From the NCBI GenBank assembly GCA_034226945.1, contig CP120454.1, positions 1,116,001-1,180,000 of the forward strand: a DNA stretch of 64,000 nt, in the 5' to 3' direction. The notes under the pieces were generated by a model. The model was not told where the DNA came from, made no database searches, and saw only the letters and a list, made by a program, of their open reading frames with translations. This document shows, in pieces, positions 1 to 12,567 of the stretch; within the stretch, counting starts at the first letter, position 1; the number at the start of each line of letters is the position of its first letter. Position numbers and translations under genes: made by a program. The stretch comes from Picochlorum sp. SENEW3. Taxonomy: Eukaryota.

Positions 1-192
1 AGAGATCGAAATCAAAAGCTCTTGCCTGATAATTATTTGCTACATTTTTCACCATCTACATTAGAAATGAAACAACCTTGAAAAGCAATTGCTCTTAGTA
101 CTCCGGATTCGGAATTGTTTCAGAGAGAAGACATGTTCAATGACATGCCCTGATTGACGCACCCAATCATTAAGTACACGAGCCATCTGCAT

Positions 193-1274
193 ATGAGAAT
201 CGCAGATATATATGAAAAAGGTCGCGTACTAGGTACGGGGACTTTCGGTGAGGTTCTTCTGGCGACGCATAAGCAGACTGGAGAGACTGTTGCGATCAAG
301 AAGATTCGCATAGATGATAAGAAACAGGTGCGATTTATCACTAATTCTGCGGATCCAACTGGTACTGACACTCGGCGAATGGGCAGGGTATCAACGTCAC
401 AGCTCTAAGAGAGGTCAAGTATTTGAGAGAACTTCACCATCCAAATATTGTCACACTCAAGGATGTCCTCTCCCTCAAAAGGGGCATTGCCCTTGTGTTT
501 GAATACATGGACACGGATCTAGAGAATTTGATCAAAGATAGATCTCTTGTTCTCTCTGCCGCGGATATAAAGGCGTACATGCTTGCGATGCTTCGTGCCC
601 TGAAACACTGCCATGAGAAATGGGTTGTTCATAGGGATATCAAGCCAAATAACTTTCTCATCGGTCGGGATGGCAGTGTCAAACTGACGGATTTCGGTTT
701 ATCTAGGATTTATGGATCCCCAGAAAGACGATATACGAATCAAGTATTTGCGAGGTGGTATCGACCTCCTGAATTGCTGTATGGGTCAACATGTTATGGG
801 CCTGGCGTAGATGTCTGGGCATTAGGCTGCGTGTTTGCAGAATTGCTTCTTAGAAAACCATGGTTTGTAGGGGAGTCTGATGTTGAGGTCTTGTCAAAGA
901 TTTTCAGTGCGCTTGGAACCCCGAAAGATAAGGATTGGGCAGGATTAAAGTGTTTGCCTGGATTTGTGGCCTTTCGAGAGCGGGATGCACCACCCCTGAA
1001 ATCCATATTTCCCGGGGTTGAAAACGAAGCGTTAGAGTTACTGGCAAGGATGGTATGTCTTGATCCACGTCGACGAATCACGGCAGCCGATGCGCTGTCA
1101 CATTCGTACTTCAAGGTCAAACCTGCACCAACAGAGCCAGAAAAGCTCCCCAAACCGCACATCCTTGAGGAACACGTGCAGGAAAGGAAACGCAGTATGG
1201 CCTCCGAGGAAGACTCGGAACCAAGCGCGAAAATGGCAAAACTAGATAAGGATCTTGTAAAATCATTATTCTAA
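193..1274 (+). CDS. CDKD: Cyclin-dependent kinase D (CDK7/CAK type), 2 exons
   Basis: GTGTFG loop in exon 1 (193-327). GT-AG intron 328-386 joins in frame to GINVTALRE (CDKD signature), then HRDIKPNN, DFG and YTNQVFARWYRPPE. Confidence 0.9.
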
Positions 1275-1315
1275 CAACACGTCACTATGACTGGGAAACA
1301 TTGTATAATCTACAT

Positions 1316-2172
1316 TTACTCGGATTTTGGCAGAACATCTCCTACTACAGCCTCCTTATTGTCGTCTGCATCAGCAAGCGCCTTCACACCATAGGCCAAC
1401 TTGTTTGGAACCTGCTTGACTGATACAGCAACCTTTGTTGGCAACTGGTTAAGAAGACGAGCAATTGTGGCCATGAGTTCTACCTTGGTTGGCATCTTCT
1501 CAAGGCGCTTGATATCAGCATCAGTGAGCGCTTTTCCAGACATGACTCCTCCAGACATCTTCAAAGCGGTAATACTATCGCGCTCTTCAGCAGGAACCTC
1601 CTCTTCGACCTCCTTCTGGAACTTCAAGTATGCCTTGATGGATTCAGAAATCTCCTCCTCCTGAACAAACAACCATGCATTATCTCCCTTGGCAGCTGGC
1701 TTCAACTCCTCCCATCCCTCGACTTGATCTGCCGCCAACTTGATCAGTGTATTCTTACAAACCAACAGAGTTGCTCCTTCAGCTGGAAGACTGCGCCTGA
1801 ACTGCTGCATCTGCTTCACAGTCAATCCTTGGTAGCGGAGGCCCACAACTACTGTACTCTCTTCTAAAAGTGGGACAAGCTTGCTGACAGTCTCTTCTTT
1901 AGCTTGTCTGTTCAACGCCTGGGCAACAACCTGCACACATATTCGATTGGAATGGTTCAGACACAGACTCTCTCTCTCTGCCCATCAAAACCTGCTGCTG
2001 CCACCACTGCTGCTTCTACCCCCACAAATCGCCGAGTGAACAATGCACGGCGATTGATCCCATGATTCTAAACAATCATGTAATAAAGAAAACTTTCACC
2101 TACCTGCAATCGTTGATGCTCGAGAGTCCTCGCCGACCACATCGGGCGACCCGCTGCAGACGTAGTAGTCAT
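1316..2172 (-). CDS. RPL10: Plastid 50S ribosomal protein L10 (nucleus-encoded; 5' exons uncertain)
   Basis: YQGLTVKQMQQFRRSL, LVCKNTL and LEKMPTK motifs of bacterial-type L10. Acceptor TGCAG before 1930 and donor near 2103 join a transit-peptide-like exon. The true start may lie further upstream. Confidence 0.85.
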
Positions 2173-2709
2173 CTGGCGCTGTGGAGCCACAGAGCTCAAG
2201 CCTCTGCATATAACAACGCACATTTTATTAATAACACTACCTTTAGTTGTATGATCGCAAGCATTATCGAATCAGTGGCACAGCAACCTCCGAAAGACCC
2301 TGTATGGCTGCCGTGGCTGCACGCGATATGCAATGCAACAGTGTCGCATTCAAAACTCAAACGCACCTCACTGCGGTATTCATTTTGAAACTTCTAAGTA
2401 GTTTGTCAATTAAGAGGCAGACATTGGCGTATCGCACTGGAAAAAGTACAACCTATACGCGAATGGATAGCAACGCTCTGGCTGGGTAATTATATTCCCA
2501 TCAAACATATATTTGATCGGACATGACTGGGAAAGAATGCCATCTCCCATCCAGTGGTACCCTCGATGGGATGGCGGCTGCGAAGGGTGTCTTACATGCG
2601 GGTATCTGAAAACACAAGGGGTCCAGTGCCAGGTCCGTCTGATACCATCTCATAGCATTCCCCGACAACCAGTACTATAATTTATCAATTATATATTCAT
2701 AGATACACA

Positions 2710-3513
2710 ATGGTACGTATATTTAATGGGTATAGAGGAGGAGAGGAAGGAAGAAGAGGGCGTCGAAGGGCGACTCTGGCTGCCGGCGGTCGTCGTGGTA
2801 CTTGTGCGGGTGTAGAGAGGAGTATGGATTTTCCATACCTTTTTTGCTGCGTATATATATCACATGTGTTTCAGATGGAGATGATCTGTCGGTCTTGCTG
2901 ATGGGGAAGGAAACGAATCGAGAACGCCGTCGGCTCGACTGTTGCAGCGTCTTTTCTGTTGCGCTGCTGTGGAATATCGCACGCCGTTGATGTCAACAGA
3001 ATATCGCAAAAAGCATCTAGAAATATACTTGCGACGCGATACCAATTGGGAACTCGGATGTTGTTGTCTTCTTCTTCTTCTTCTTCTTCTTCCATCCACA
3101 ACTTGTGGAATATGTCTTTCTCTGCCCCATATACGTTGTATATAATAGCAGGGAGAGAAGAATACATTTGTATTTGTTTGTCATAATGATTCGTGGTCAA
3201 TGTTATTTACATATATACCACCATGTTCTACCTGCAGTCGAAGCGCACAAAGAAGGTTGGAATCGTGGGAAAGTACGGAACCCGTTATGGTTCTAGTTTG
3301 AGGAAGCAGATCAAGAAGATCGAGGTTAGTCAGCACTCAAAGTACTTTTGCAGTTTCTGCGGAAAGTATGGAATGAAGAGAGTAGCTGTCGGAATCTGGA
3401 AATGCAAGGGATGCGGCAAGACCCAGGCTGGAGGAGCTTACACACTCAACACACCTTCCTCTGTGACTGTCCGCTCCACTGTGCGTCGTCTCAGAGAGCA
3501 GACTGAGAAGTAG
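2710..3513 (+). CDS. RPL37A: 60S ribosomal protein L37a (eL43); ATG-only first exon plus 525-nt intron
   Basis: ATG|GTACGT at 2710-2718 and CTGCAG acceptor ending 3237. Exon 2 reads [18 protein letters not shown] with a C2-C2 zinc finger. Confidence 0.95.
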
Positions 3514-3787
3514 ATTTATATATAATTAGGTATATGGAATTTTAAATCATCGTGTAAAGCGTCTGTACTCGTCGTATAACATTTGGAAGTAGCCATTTTG
3601 TTCTCTGTCCCAGGTTGGGTTGGCCCATCCTAGAATCCCAGATTCCTCACATCCTCTGTGTGGTTTCGTGGCGTATACACGAGTATTTGCTTTGTATAAA
3701 GCATTTGATACTTTTTTATATACCACTTCGATCTGTTCATACTACACAGTAGCACCAGGGAATAGAAAATAAACAGGAAAAAGCAAC

Positions 3788-4274
3788 ATGCATCGTTCTA
3801 CTACTATCCTTTTGCTTCTGGGCGTTGTATGCCTCGTTGGCTCTGCTGGTATGTTGTTGCTGCATTGTGTATTGATGAATGTGATGAACCAAATTCAGCA
3901 CGTAGATGCACGTCATGATTTCAGGTGCGCAGCCAGAAGGAGATGCAGCTTTTGAGTGTTTGCAGAATGGCCCTAGTATCTTGTCGATTTGCGAGAAAGA
4001 GCTTGCTCTGGCCCAGGGTAAAATAGCTTTGAATCAGACTGAGGAATCTTCTCCAGAAACTATTGCGTCTCTGGTCGACGAGTTGGGAGAGAATGAATTA
4101 CCGACAGAACCTTGCTGTACTATTGCAGCCTCCTTTTCAGATGGACAGTGCTTGTGTCAGCCAATCTTGCGGGGCATATTGCCAACTGTAGGTGTCCAGA
4201 TACCCGCAATTAATTCCATTTTGAAAATAATGGAACAGGCGTGCGGAAACTTTGAGATTGTAGAATGCGCATAG
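3788..4274 (+). CDS. Secreted small protein with eight-cysteine motif (nsLTP/prolamin-like)
   Basis: Signal-peptide exon MHRSTTILLLLGVVCLVGSA, intron ~3849-3924, then C-x10-C-x40-CC-x10-CLC-x28-C-x7-C. Confidence 0.65.
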
Positions 4275-4281
4275 TGTTTTA

Positions 4282-5007
4282 TTACAGTGATAGGGCTTCT
4301 TCTGAAGAGTTGTCCTCTGTAGCAGAGCAGTCAATCTTTGGATATATGTATCCTTTTCTGTGATTGTACGGCACTTTTTTCTGTAATCTACTTTTGGTTT
4401 TTGGAAGCTCATGGCCAAGATCAATCAACATCTGCATCGCCTCACGACGATCTGGGCAGTTGATATTGTCAAAGAGCAGTGCCCTGTCATCATCCCTTGA
4501 TTCCTCCACTCTGCCTAGTCTGTCACGAAGGTGCCTATTTTCCTCGATTGCATCATGCTCTGATCTTAAAAGCTGTTCATATTTTGCTTTCAATATGAGA
4601 ATTTCTCTCTTTAGAGAATCGTTTGATTTTTGAACATCTGTCAAATCAGAGGACAGGCTGAACAGTTCAGATTCCTTTTCAATCAATCTCGATCTCAGCT
4701 CCCTTTCCTTTACTTCCTGTTTCTCTAGCACATTCATATGAATATGAGAGTTTTTGCAATGCGATATCTCCTTTTCAAGACCGGCGAGGATCTGATCTCT
4801 CCTCTCCAGAGCTAGTTTGAGGTGTACAATCTCATTGTCTTTAAACCGTCTCTTATCACGCTCAAGTTTTGCTTCTGTCTCCAACTTTTGGCACTTTTTC
4901 TTTTGCTTTTGAAGCTGAAAGTTTAACGTGGCGACCTCTTTGACTCGTCTGTTCTCCTCACTGCGTATCCTACTCAACAACCCTCGGACTGTGTATGGGT
5001 CATCCAT
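4282..5007 (-). CDS. Coiled-coil protein of unknown function
   Basis: 241-aa ORF rich in E/K/L/R heptads. Confidence 0.65.
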   Translation of the reverse strand: MDDPYTVRGLLSRIRSEENRRVKEVATLNFQLQKQKKKCQKLETEAKLERDKRRFKDNEIVHLKLALERRDQILAGLEKEISHCKNSHIHMNVLEKQEVKERELRSRLIEKESELFSLSSDLTDVQKSNDSLKREILILKAKYEQLLRSEHDAIEENRHLRDRLGRVEESRDDDRALLFDNINCPDRREAMQMLIDLGHELPKTKSRLQKKVPYNHRKGYIYPKIDCSATEDNSSEEALSL

Positions 5008-5153
5008 GACACCTTTCCACTACACGGACAACCTGATACTCTGAATATGACTTGGTATACATATGTTCTACAACTTTATTACATAAATTATCTGCCCAAG
5101 GGCGATCCTTGTTCAACCAATGATTGTGTCATGCCTTGAGTTGACTGACACTA

Positions 5154-6540
5154 CTAGGCATATTTTTTGCCTGGTTTCCCCTTGACTACGCGGGCCATCT
5201 CCACCACGATCGTTTCCAGTTGATCACCAAATGCAGTCCTAGAAAAGTATTTTTCTGCCCGTGTTCGAGCAAGAGTACCCATACGCTGTGCAACCTGTGC
5301 ATCCATGCAGGCCTCCATGGCTTTTGCAAAAGCACTTGGATCTGAATCTTCCAAAAAGCCAGTCTTCCCTGCAACTATACTTTCCATCGGCCCCCCACTA
5401 TTACACGCAATCACTGGAGTATTTGATGCCATCGCTTCTACCGGTACTATCCCAAAATGTTCATTTGGTGGTGTATAGACCACAGCTCGGCAGGCACACA
5501 AGAGAGCCAGACGCTGCTCGTCTGAGAATGACGTCATAAATACAACACGGTCCTCTAAATGGAGTTCTTTTACTAATTCCTTGAGCTCTTCCAAATGCTC
5601 GACATTCTCCGCAAGCCTCACATCGTATCCCCCAGCTACAACAAGCCCTGATGAACTGCCTCCCACCAACCCTAATGCTCTGATTGCAAGACCGATATTC
5701 TTCTTCCTTTCAAACCTATTGATAGATAAAATTGTATCCGAAGAAGACTCAATCAACCGAACAACGTCCTTTGGCAGATGATTCATCCATGATGTCCCCA
5801 TCTGCTTCAAACTCAGAGAACTTGGAATACTCACAGCAGGATACAAAACATCCGGAACAATACCCCGACCATCCAACGATCTAAACGTTTCTTTAAATAT
5901 TGACTTGGTATACTCACTATTCACAAGCGTCCTATGAGCCAGACCAGTACTCCACTCCTCCAAGGCATTCAAAGGAGCCCTATACGCCCGATGCAGCGCT
6001 GATGCTGGTTTGGACAGCAATAGATCAGGGAAATGGCAATAAAATACAATCTTGGATGACATGAACATCCTCAAAACAATCACAGCAACAGAAACTTGGT
6101 CAACAATGACGACATCATACCCATGCCCTCCCACAAGACACCTCCAGCACAAGCAACATGCCATGAGAATACACCTAATATAGGCACACAACGCCATTGC
6201 TCTACCCAGTATAGCCCTCGGAAACCATCCTCCACGAACTAAAACTTGAAAATACCCCTGCTTGGTCTCCTCAAAGCACCGATCGGGGTCATAATATGCA
6301 GTATATACGTCGACAGTGTGGCCTCGTTGACCCAGTTCAGTTGCAGCGTCGACAATAAGTCGTTCAGCACCTATGTGATACAATCGTGACCCGTTTTATT
6401 TTTACTTAAATTCCATGTAAGAAAATCACCTCGGAAAAACTATGTCCTGGCGACTCAAGCGTACCTCCTAGACCCAAGTCTGGATGGCAGAAAGCGATCC
6501 GTAGACTATCACCTTGATCTCTTGCTTTTTTGCCACCCAT
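5154..6540 (-). CDS. ALG2: Alpha-1,3/1,6-mannosyltransferase ALG2 (GT4), 2 exons
   Basis: Exon 1 ends RIAFCHPDLGLG and splices to GAERLIVDAA. Also FYCHFPD, SINRFERKKN and EHFGIVPVEAM. Confidence 0.93.
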
Positions 6541-6803
6541 TACTTCCGCAACAATGTCTTATCAGTTCTAAACTATGTACATGTAACGATACGGAACGTA
6601 GGTGGCCATCTAGGAGAGACAGAAGGAATACACTATAATATGCCTGATAAGGAATTAGATATCAGTACCGCGTCTCCAATGTAGAAAAGACGTTCCCCCC
6701 ACACCTCGAGTCAAGGCTACAATATTCTGTTATATGTTTATATGAATTAATATTTCATCCAGTCGACACAGTTTTCGTCTTTTGTGCCGTCGTCAAGGCT
6801 ATT

Positions 6804-7318
6804 ATGAAGTGCGAATTTCTAGTCGACCTTCCTTCAAAGTACGTCTCTTTATTAGCCTGTGGGTATGCTTTCTGCAAAGGATCTCTCCAAACTATCTTAT
6901 TTTTTAAATAAATTACTGTAGAGGTCTTTTGAAGCATGTTCAAGCGGGTTCTGCGTTCACCTCTCCACCACCGCTGTACATTGCTGTGCATAGCACGAAT
7001 CCTCCCAAAGGGCAGGTCGTCAGCACGGATCAGTCCAGTCTGCTGATCCGATGTCTTCAGTCTAAGAAAAAGGCTAAAGGAGACCCAAGTGGGTCTCGAA
7101 AAGGGAAAAGGCAGGCAGATGAACAGGTGGATGCACGGTCGAGGAAGCGTGCTCAGGAGGAGTCACAGGCTGGTGGGTCGTCGGTTCGGACAATATATAG
7201 TGAGGATGCGCTCGATAGAATGACTGTGAAGGAACTTCAATCTATTTTATATGAAAAGAGACAGCCTGTGAGTGGTAGGAAGGCGGATTTGATAGAAAGA
7301 GTGTTGAACTGTCAGTAG
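6804..7318 (+). CDS. DDA1-like domain plus C-terminal SAP domain protein
   Basis: MKCEFLVDLPS exon, intron 6839-6921, then PPKGQVVSTDQSSLLIR (DDA1-like) and SAP motif MTVKELQSILYEKRQPVSGRKADLIERV. Confidence 0.65.
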
Positions 7319-7373
7319 ATAGTGTACTGTATCTTTTGCTGTGTATATATAACTGTTTTTAAAGGCATTATTA

Positions 7374-8937
7374 TCATTCGTCGTCATCCGTTGTTGGTAC
7401 AAACATCGTTTCATCATCATCATCATCATCTAATGATTGTTGCTTTTCTAATTGGGTTGCATAGGCACGCATCAGTGATGCCTGCCAAATGTCCATGATC
7501 ATGACATCAGACACGTTGCCCTCGTATATGCCAGCTTGAACAGCCGCTCCAAGTGCAACAGCTAGATCAGGATCAACATGTGCAGTTTTCGGAACCAGTC
7601 CAGTCATATTTTCAACAAAGGTGCTGACTGCAGGCATGCGTGTGGCTCCTCCCACAAGCAATATTTCGCTCACTGGTTGCCTCTTTTTAGGAGTTATTTG
7701 TACCCGCGCGTCTTTAACTGCCTTCTTGGAGCGGCGTTGCCCTCCATCTCTCTTTCGTAATGCATTCTGAGCAATCTCCCATTCCTTGATGGCAGTCCCA
7801 AGGTCAACACCAGCTTGCCAGCATGCATGATCCAATGGCAGCCGTGCCCTCCTGAAGAGATCTGCTGACAATGATTCAAATTTTTGACGATTCAATGATG
7901 CTTCGATACCTCCGCCAACTGGCATCCGAATCATTGCTACATCACTTTTTGACAATTGCATCTTTGCAGCTTCTGCCACAACTTTCAGGTTTGAAATCAT
8001 CTCAGGGGTGTTTGTATCGACACCAGCAGGGAGAAGGAATTCCTTTTCAAGCCATTCAATAATGACTTGATCCCAATCATCGCCTCCCAGATGAGCATCA
8101 CCTCCAGTGGATAGTACCTCAATCACACCACCACCCACCTCCAAAAGACTCACATCAAAGGTACCGCCACCGAGATCAAACACTAGAACAGTTTGATCTT
8201 TCTCTACATTTATCCCATACGCTAACGCAGCAGCTACCGGCTCTCGAAGCAATCGAACCTTTTCCAGCCCTGCCATCATGCCCGCAGCAACAGTTGCCTC
8301 CCTCTGTTGATCATTGAAATATGCAGGTACTGAAATAACAGCCTTTGTAACAGGCTCTCCTTTAAATTGAGCCGCATCTTCTAAAAGTTGGGCAAGGACC
8401 AGTGCTGAAATTTCTTCCGGGTAAATCCCCTTCTCCTCCCTGGGGGACTCGAGCATGACCAACCCATCATCATCCTGCATTGTCCTGTACGCCATTTCTT
8501 TCACATCATCACTCACATCCCTCATCTCCTGACCTATCAACCGTTTGACAGAGTAAAATGTATTCAAAGGATCCACAGCTGCCATTCTCTTGGCTTTGAC
8601 ACCCACATATACGTGTTCTTCTCCTATTGAGACAACGGAAGGAGTTGTCAAATGGCCGTATTCATTGGGCACGATAACCGGCCTATCACCTTCTAATACC
8701 TATATAGAGACGGATTCATGTTCATGCATGGCAATGTGCGGCTATGTAGTGTGATATGCAACGTACAGCAATAGCAGAATTGGTTGTGCCAAGGTCAATT
8801 CCAGCGATACATGCCCCTGTCTGTAAAGTAGCGCTTCTTTTACTACTAGGATATGCATTATAACGTATGCAAGGCCCATTTTCAAAATGCCCATGTATCA
8901 AACCATGTTGAGCTCCGAAAGGGGTCAAGACATGCAT
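7374..8937 (-). CDS. Hsp70-family protein, ATPase domain only, probable organellar transit peptide
   Basis: GIDLGTTNS (exon 1), intron ~8700-8767, TTPSVV, SVPAYFND, DLGGGTFDVS and LVGGATRMP. Ends shortly after DPDLAVALGAA. Confidence 0.85.
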
Positions 8938-9272
8938 CCTCCTCTACGCCTGTATCTTCTAGGGCTCATGCATGGATATCAAAATACGATTGGTATTCAA
9001 AATGCCTTCAATGGTTTGATGTATTGTGGCCTCCATGCCTGCACTGAAGATTGCTTTGCTTAATAAAACATTTGAAAACGATTTGAATGGCCAGATCTGG
9101 CCTAGAGTCTCTGCAGGTTCAAAGATCTGCCCATAGATTGTTCAGCATACAGACAAGTGAGTCTGTAATTAATTATTTCTGCAGTTTGTTCATCTGACTG
9201 ACGATAGCCATTCCTTGGTCACGGTCTTGTGTGATTTTAAATTTCAGCCACACACTCGTACAATTATTTCAC

Positions 9273-9800
9273 ATGGCTCCAAAGCGTAAAACAGCACAAG
9301 GAGAGAGCACTCCCGGATCTGCAAAGAAATCTAAATCTGCTACAAAATTGTCAGTTGGCGATGAGATCGATACAGTGGATGTGACGCTGATGATGGAGGA
9401 TGAAAAGGAGGTGACCCTCAAGGAGCTCACAGAGAAACATGGTATTGTGATTTTCATGTATCCGCGAGCAAATACCCCGGGGTGCACGAAACAGGCGTGT
9501 GGTTTCCGCGATGATTACGAAAAGTTTAAAAAGTGCGGGTTTGAGGTGTATGGAATGAGCTATGATAAGCCAAAATCTCAAAAGAACTGGAAGATCAAGT
9601 ATACGCTTCCATATCATTTGTTGACAGACGAGTCGGGCGCTGCTATTAAAGCATTTGGTGCCAACAAAGCTCCTAAAGGAGTCATTCGATCACATATTGT
9701 GATTGCCAAGGGCGGAAAGGTTCTCGATATTAGGAACAAGATTTCCCCAGGTGATTCCTTCACAAGTGCCCTGGAGACTGCAGAAGAGCACTCCAAGTAA
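9273..9800 (+). CDS. Peroxiredoxin Q/BCP family (DOT5-like, basic N-terminus)
   Basis: YPRANTPGCTKQACGFRD active-site motif; MAPKRK NLS-like start. Confidence 0.9.
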   Translation: MAPKRKTAQGESTPGSAKKSKSATKLSVGDEIDTVDVTLMMEDEKEVTLKELTEKHGIVIFMYPRANTPGCTKQACGFRDDYEKFKKCGFEVYGMSYDKPKSQKNWKIKYTLPYHLLTDESGAAIKAFGANKAPKGVIRSHIVIAKGGKVLDIRNKISPGDSFTSALETAEEHSK

Positions 9801-9883
9801 GTAGGTTGGTGTTACAGCATTATTTCTTTTTTGGCAATTTCATGTAAATGAGCAATTGAAGGGAAAGGGAGAGAGAGAATGTT

Positions 9884-12313
9884 CTACTTGAGTCGATGAA
9901 CCAATCTACGTTCTCTTCTGTATTCAAAGTCTCCATTTGCTTGGAGGAACAGCATTGCCTTTCGTACCAAGCTTTCACCAAAGCCAACGCGAACAAGTTC
10001 GTCAATCAGTTTTCTTTCAGACACAAAAGCACCGATGGCAATACGGCGGCGTATTTGCTCCTCAACTCTGTGGATCTCGGCCCTCTGTTCATCGGTAAAC
10101 ACTGCTACATCCATGAGTCCGCTTCTGACGGCATCCATTGTTGATGTGCGGAATAGTTCCAATGCCTGTCGCACATGTGCTTCTGTTGCGACAGTCTGGA
10201 GGCTCATCTTTGCTAAACTCTCTGAAAGTCGAACCATAGCCTCTAACTGACGCACTGTGATGGGAATGGCTGGAATATCAGATCCATCTTCAGATGCAGC
10301 AGAGGCAGCCCTCTTGGCCTCTGTCCGCAGATCTACGTACTCACTCGCGAGGAGACGGGATGCTGATTCGGAGAGTCTTGGGCTGCAGTTTGTGCGACAA
10401 TACTCAATATATCTCTTGAGGAATTCTTCTTCCCGTCTCTCCTCTGCCTCATCAACTTCTCCAGCTGCTCCAGCAGATCTATGAACTTCCAACACATGGC
10501 GGGCAATCATCTGATCTTTTGCGGCCGATCTTTCATCCTTGACAATGAAGATCAGATCAAATCGAGATAAAATAGTGCTCTGGAGATCAATGTTTTCACT
10601 GGCAGATTTCATGTCATCGTATCGACCTGATGGTGGATTGGCTGCAGCAAGGACACTGGTACGACTGCGCAACATTGTTGTGATACCGGCTTTCGCGATA
10701 GATATTGTTTGCTGCTCCATGGCTTCGTGGATAGCCACTCTATCTTCAGGTCGCATTTTATCGAACTCATCGATACAGACAACACCGCCATCCGCAAGGA
10801 CCATGGCACCACCTTCAAGGTAGAATTCCCTGGATGATGGGTCCCTGATGACAGAGGCCGTCAGACCCGCGGCCGAAGAGCCTTTTCCAGATGTATACAC
10901 AGCAATTGGTGCTGTTTTTGAAGTGAACTTGAGGAATTGAGATTTTGCCGTGGAAGGATCACCGAGAAGCAAGACATTGATATCACCACGTCTGTATGTA
11001 CCATCTGGCATGCGTTTCCTGGCTCCGCCAAACAGCAAACAAGCCACGGCCTTCTTGATATCATCGTGACCGAATATTTGTGGTGCAATACGAGAGAATA
11101 TTTGCTCATCTGCGCCAGGAGTACTGGCAAATTCCCTGAATGCAGCCTCTTCTTCGACACTGAATGTAGGCTTGCGAGCAGTATCGCCATTCAATACATC
11201 CTCTTGGAAACCAATGATTCTGAGATATGGCTGCCTGACAGCAACAGTAAATGATTTATCGCCCTTTTTGCTTCCACGATCATGTGACTGGAACACAGAC
11301 AAGATTCCCACAGCAGTCACACGCGTGCCTGGTGAGACTGCACTACACAACTTTCTGTCAACGAGACACATCATCGAGCGAGGCAGGTCACCTGTTGGGA
11401 CATCCTCTGGTCTTTCTTGCAACTTGATTACTTGCTGATCCAGACACATGGCTCTGTCAGCCAAAACCTCATATGGATCCAACCCGCACTGAGACCTGCC
11501 TCCTTGTCCTGCCAGTGACCCTTGGCATTCTCGTGGAATCGATGCACCCCCCAAACCAGGCTTGCAGTAAACTGTTTTGGTGTCCTTGCATGTACGGCAC
11601 TGGACTGTTACTTTCAGAGCCTTGTGCTTTGGCCTGGATGCCGATGTCACAATACCAGGCACAATCACCAGTCTAGAAACATACTGCTCAGGCTTGATTT
11701 CTCTCATGGAAAGGTTCTGCGCAAGCGCTCCATTTGCTCCACTCTTAAAAAGCATCACCTGTACATCAGGAACCTCGCTTGATATATCACCATCCATTCG
11801 ACTCTGAATCCTTTCCGACTCGGCCTTTGCAGCCTGTTCAAACAGTGGAAGATAATCAGTTGGATTATCAACCAAGGCATGTGCTAGATCAGGTGCCCCA
11901 TACTTTGGATGCAATAAATGCCCCAAATCTACTCGAAGAATATCTTTATTCCTCGCGAGCTGGTCCCTGCATATGTGTTGTGAAGGAGATTAACATGTGC
12001 CAACAACAATCTTCTTGACTCGAATCAAAACGTACGCATAGGGAAAGATATTCGTCGTGCGATCTTCCTGAAAGTTTCTAATAAACTCTCCAAACTTGAC
12101 AATAGTCTGTTGAGGTCCTGGGGCTGTCAAAGCGACATCATCGTCCCCGTTTGTTGCCACAAACTGCTGTTCAGTGAAATAGACTCCTCCCTCTGCGCAT
12201 GTCAAAGAAAACCATCAGTCACTCCTCTCAGTGGAATTCAACAATATTTTTGGTACTGAAAATACGGAATATTCATTAAAAACACCGCAGGACGCACCAT
12301 CAAAGTCAGCCAT
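9884..12313 (-). CDS. MCM5: DNA replication licensing factor MCM5
   Basis: MADFD/EGGVYF N-terminal exons, zinc finger, GDPSTAKSQ, IDEFDKM, SRFDLIF and ITVRQLE. Confidence 0.95.
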
Positions 12314-12361
12314 GGTGTTTAAAATTCAAAACACGCGCCGTGCTGTTTCAACCTTACACGA

Positions 12362-12370
12362 CCCGCCAAA
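12362..12370 (-). promoter_or_regulatory. Candidate E2F site upstream of MCM5
   Basis: TTTGGCGGG on the minus strand ~50 bp upstream of the MCM5 ATG. It matches TTTSSCGS, and MCM genes are classical E2F targets. Confidence 0.5.
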
Positions 12371-12567
12371 GTCCTTACAATGAGAACAGAGCGGATAGTT
12401 ATTAGAAAATATGAAGAAACAAGTTGATTGTGCCACAAATTCGTCAGTGATGGATGGTATCATCTCGCTCAGAAATTTGAAATATTGAGGCGCCTTTTTT
12501 AATCTATCGAATCACAGAATATTTAAATTGCTCAAGTAAGGAATGCTGTGCCTTTTGAAATTCACAC

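Noticed and set aside
3068..3092. (CTT)n and other short microsatellites such as (TCA)n at ~7411-7431
   Set aside because: Ordinary simple repeats, intronic or encoding poly-Asp.
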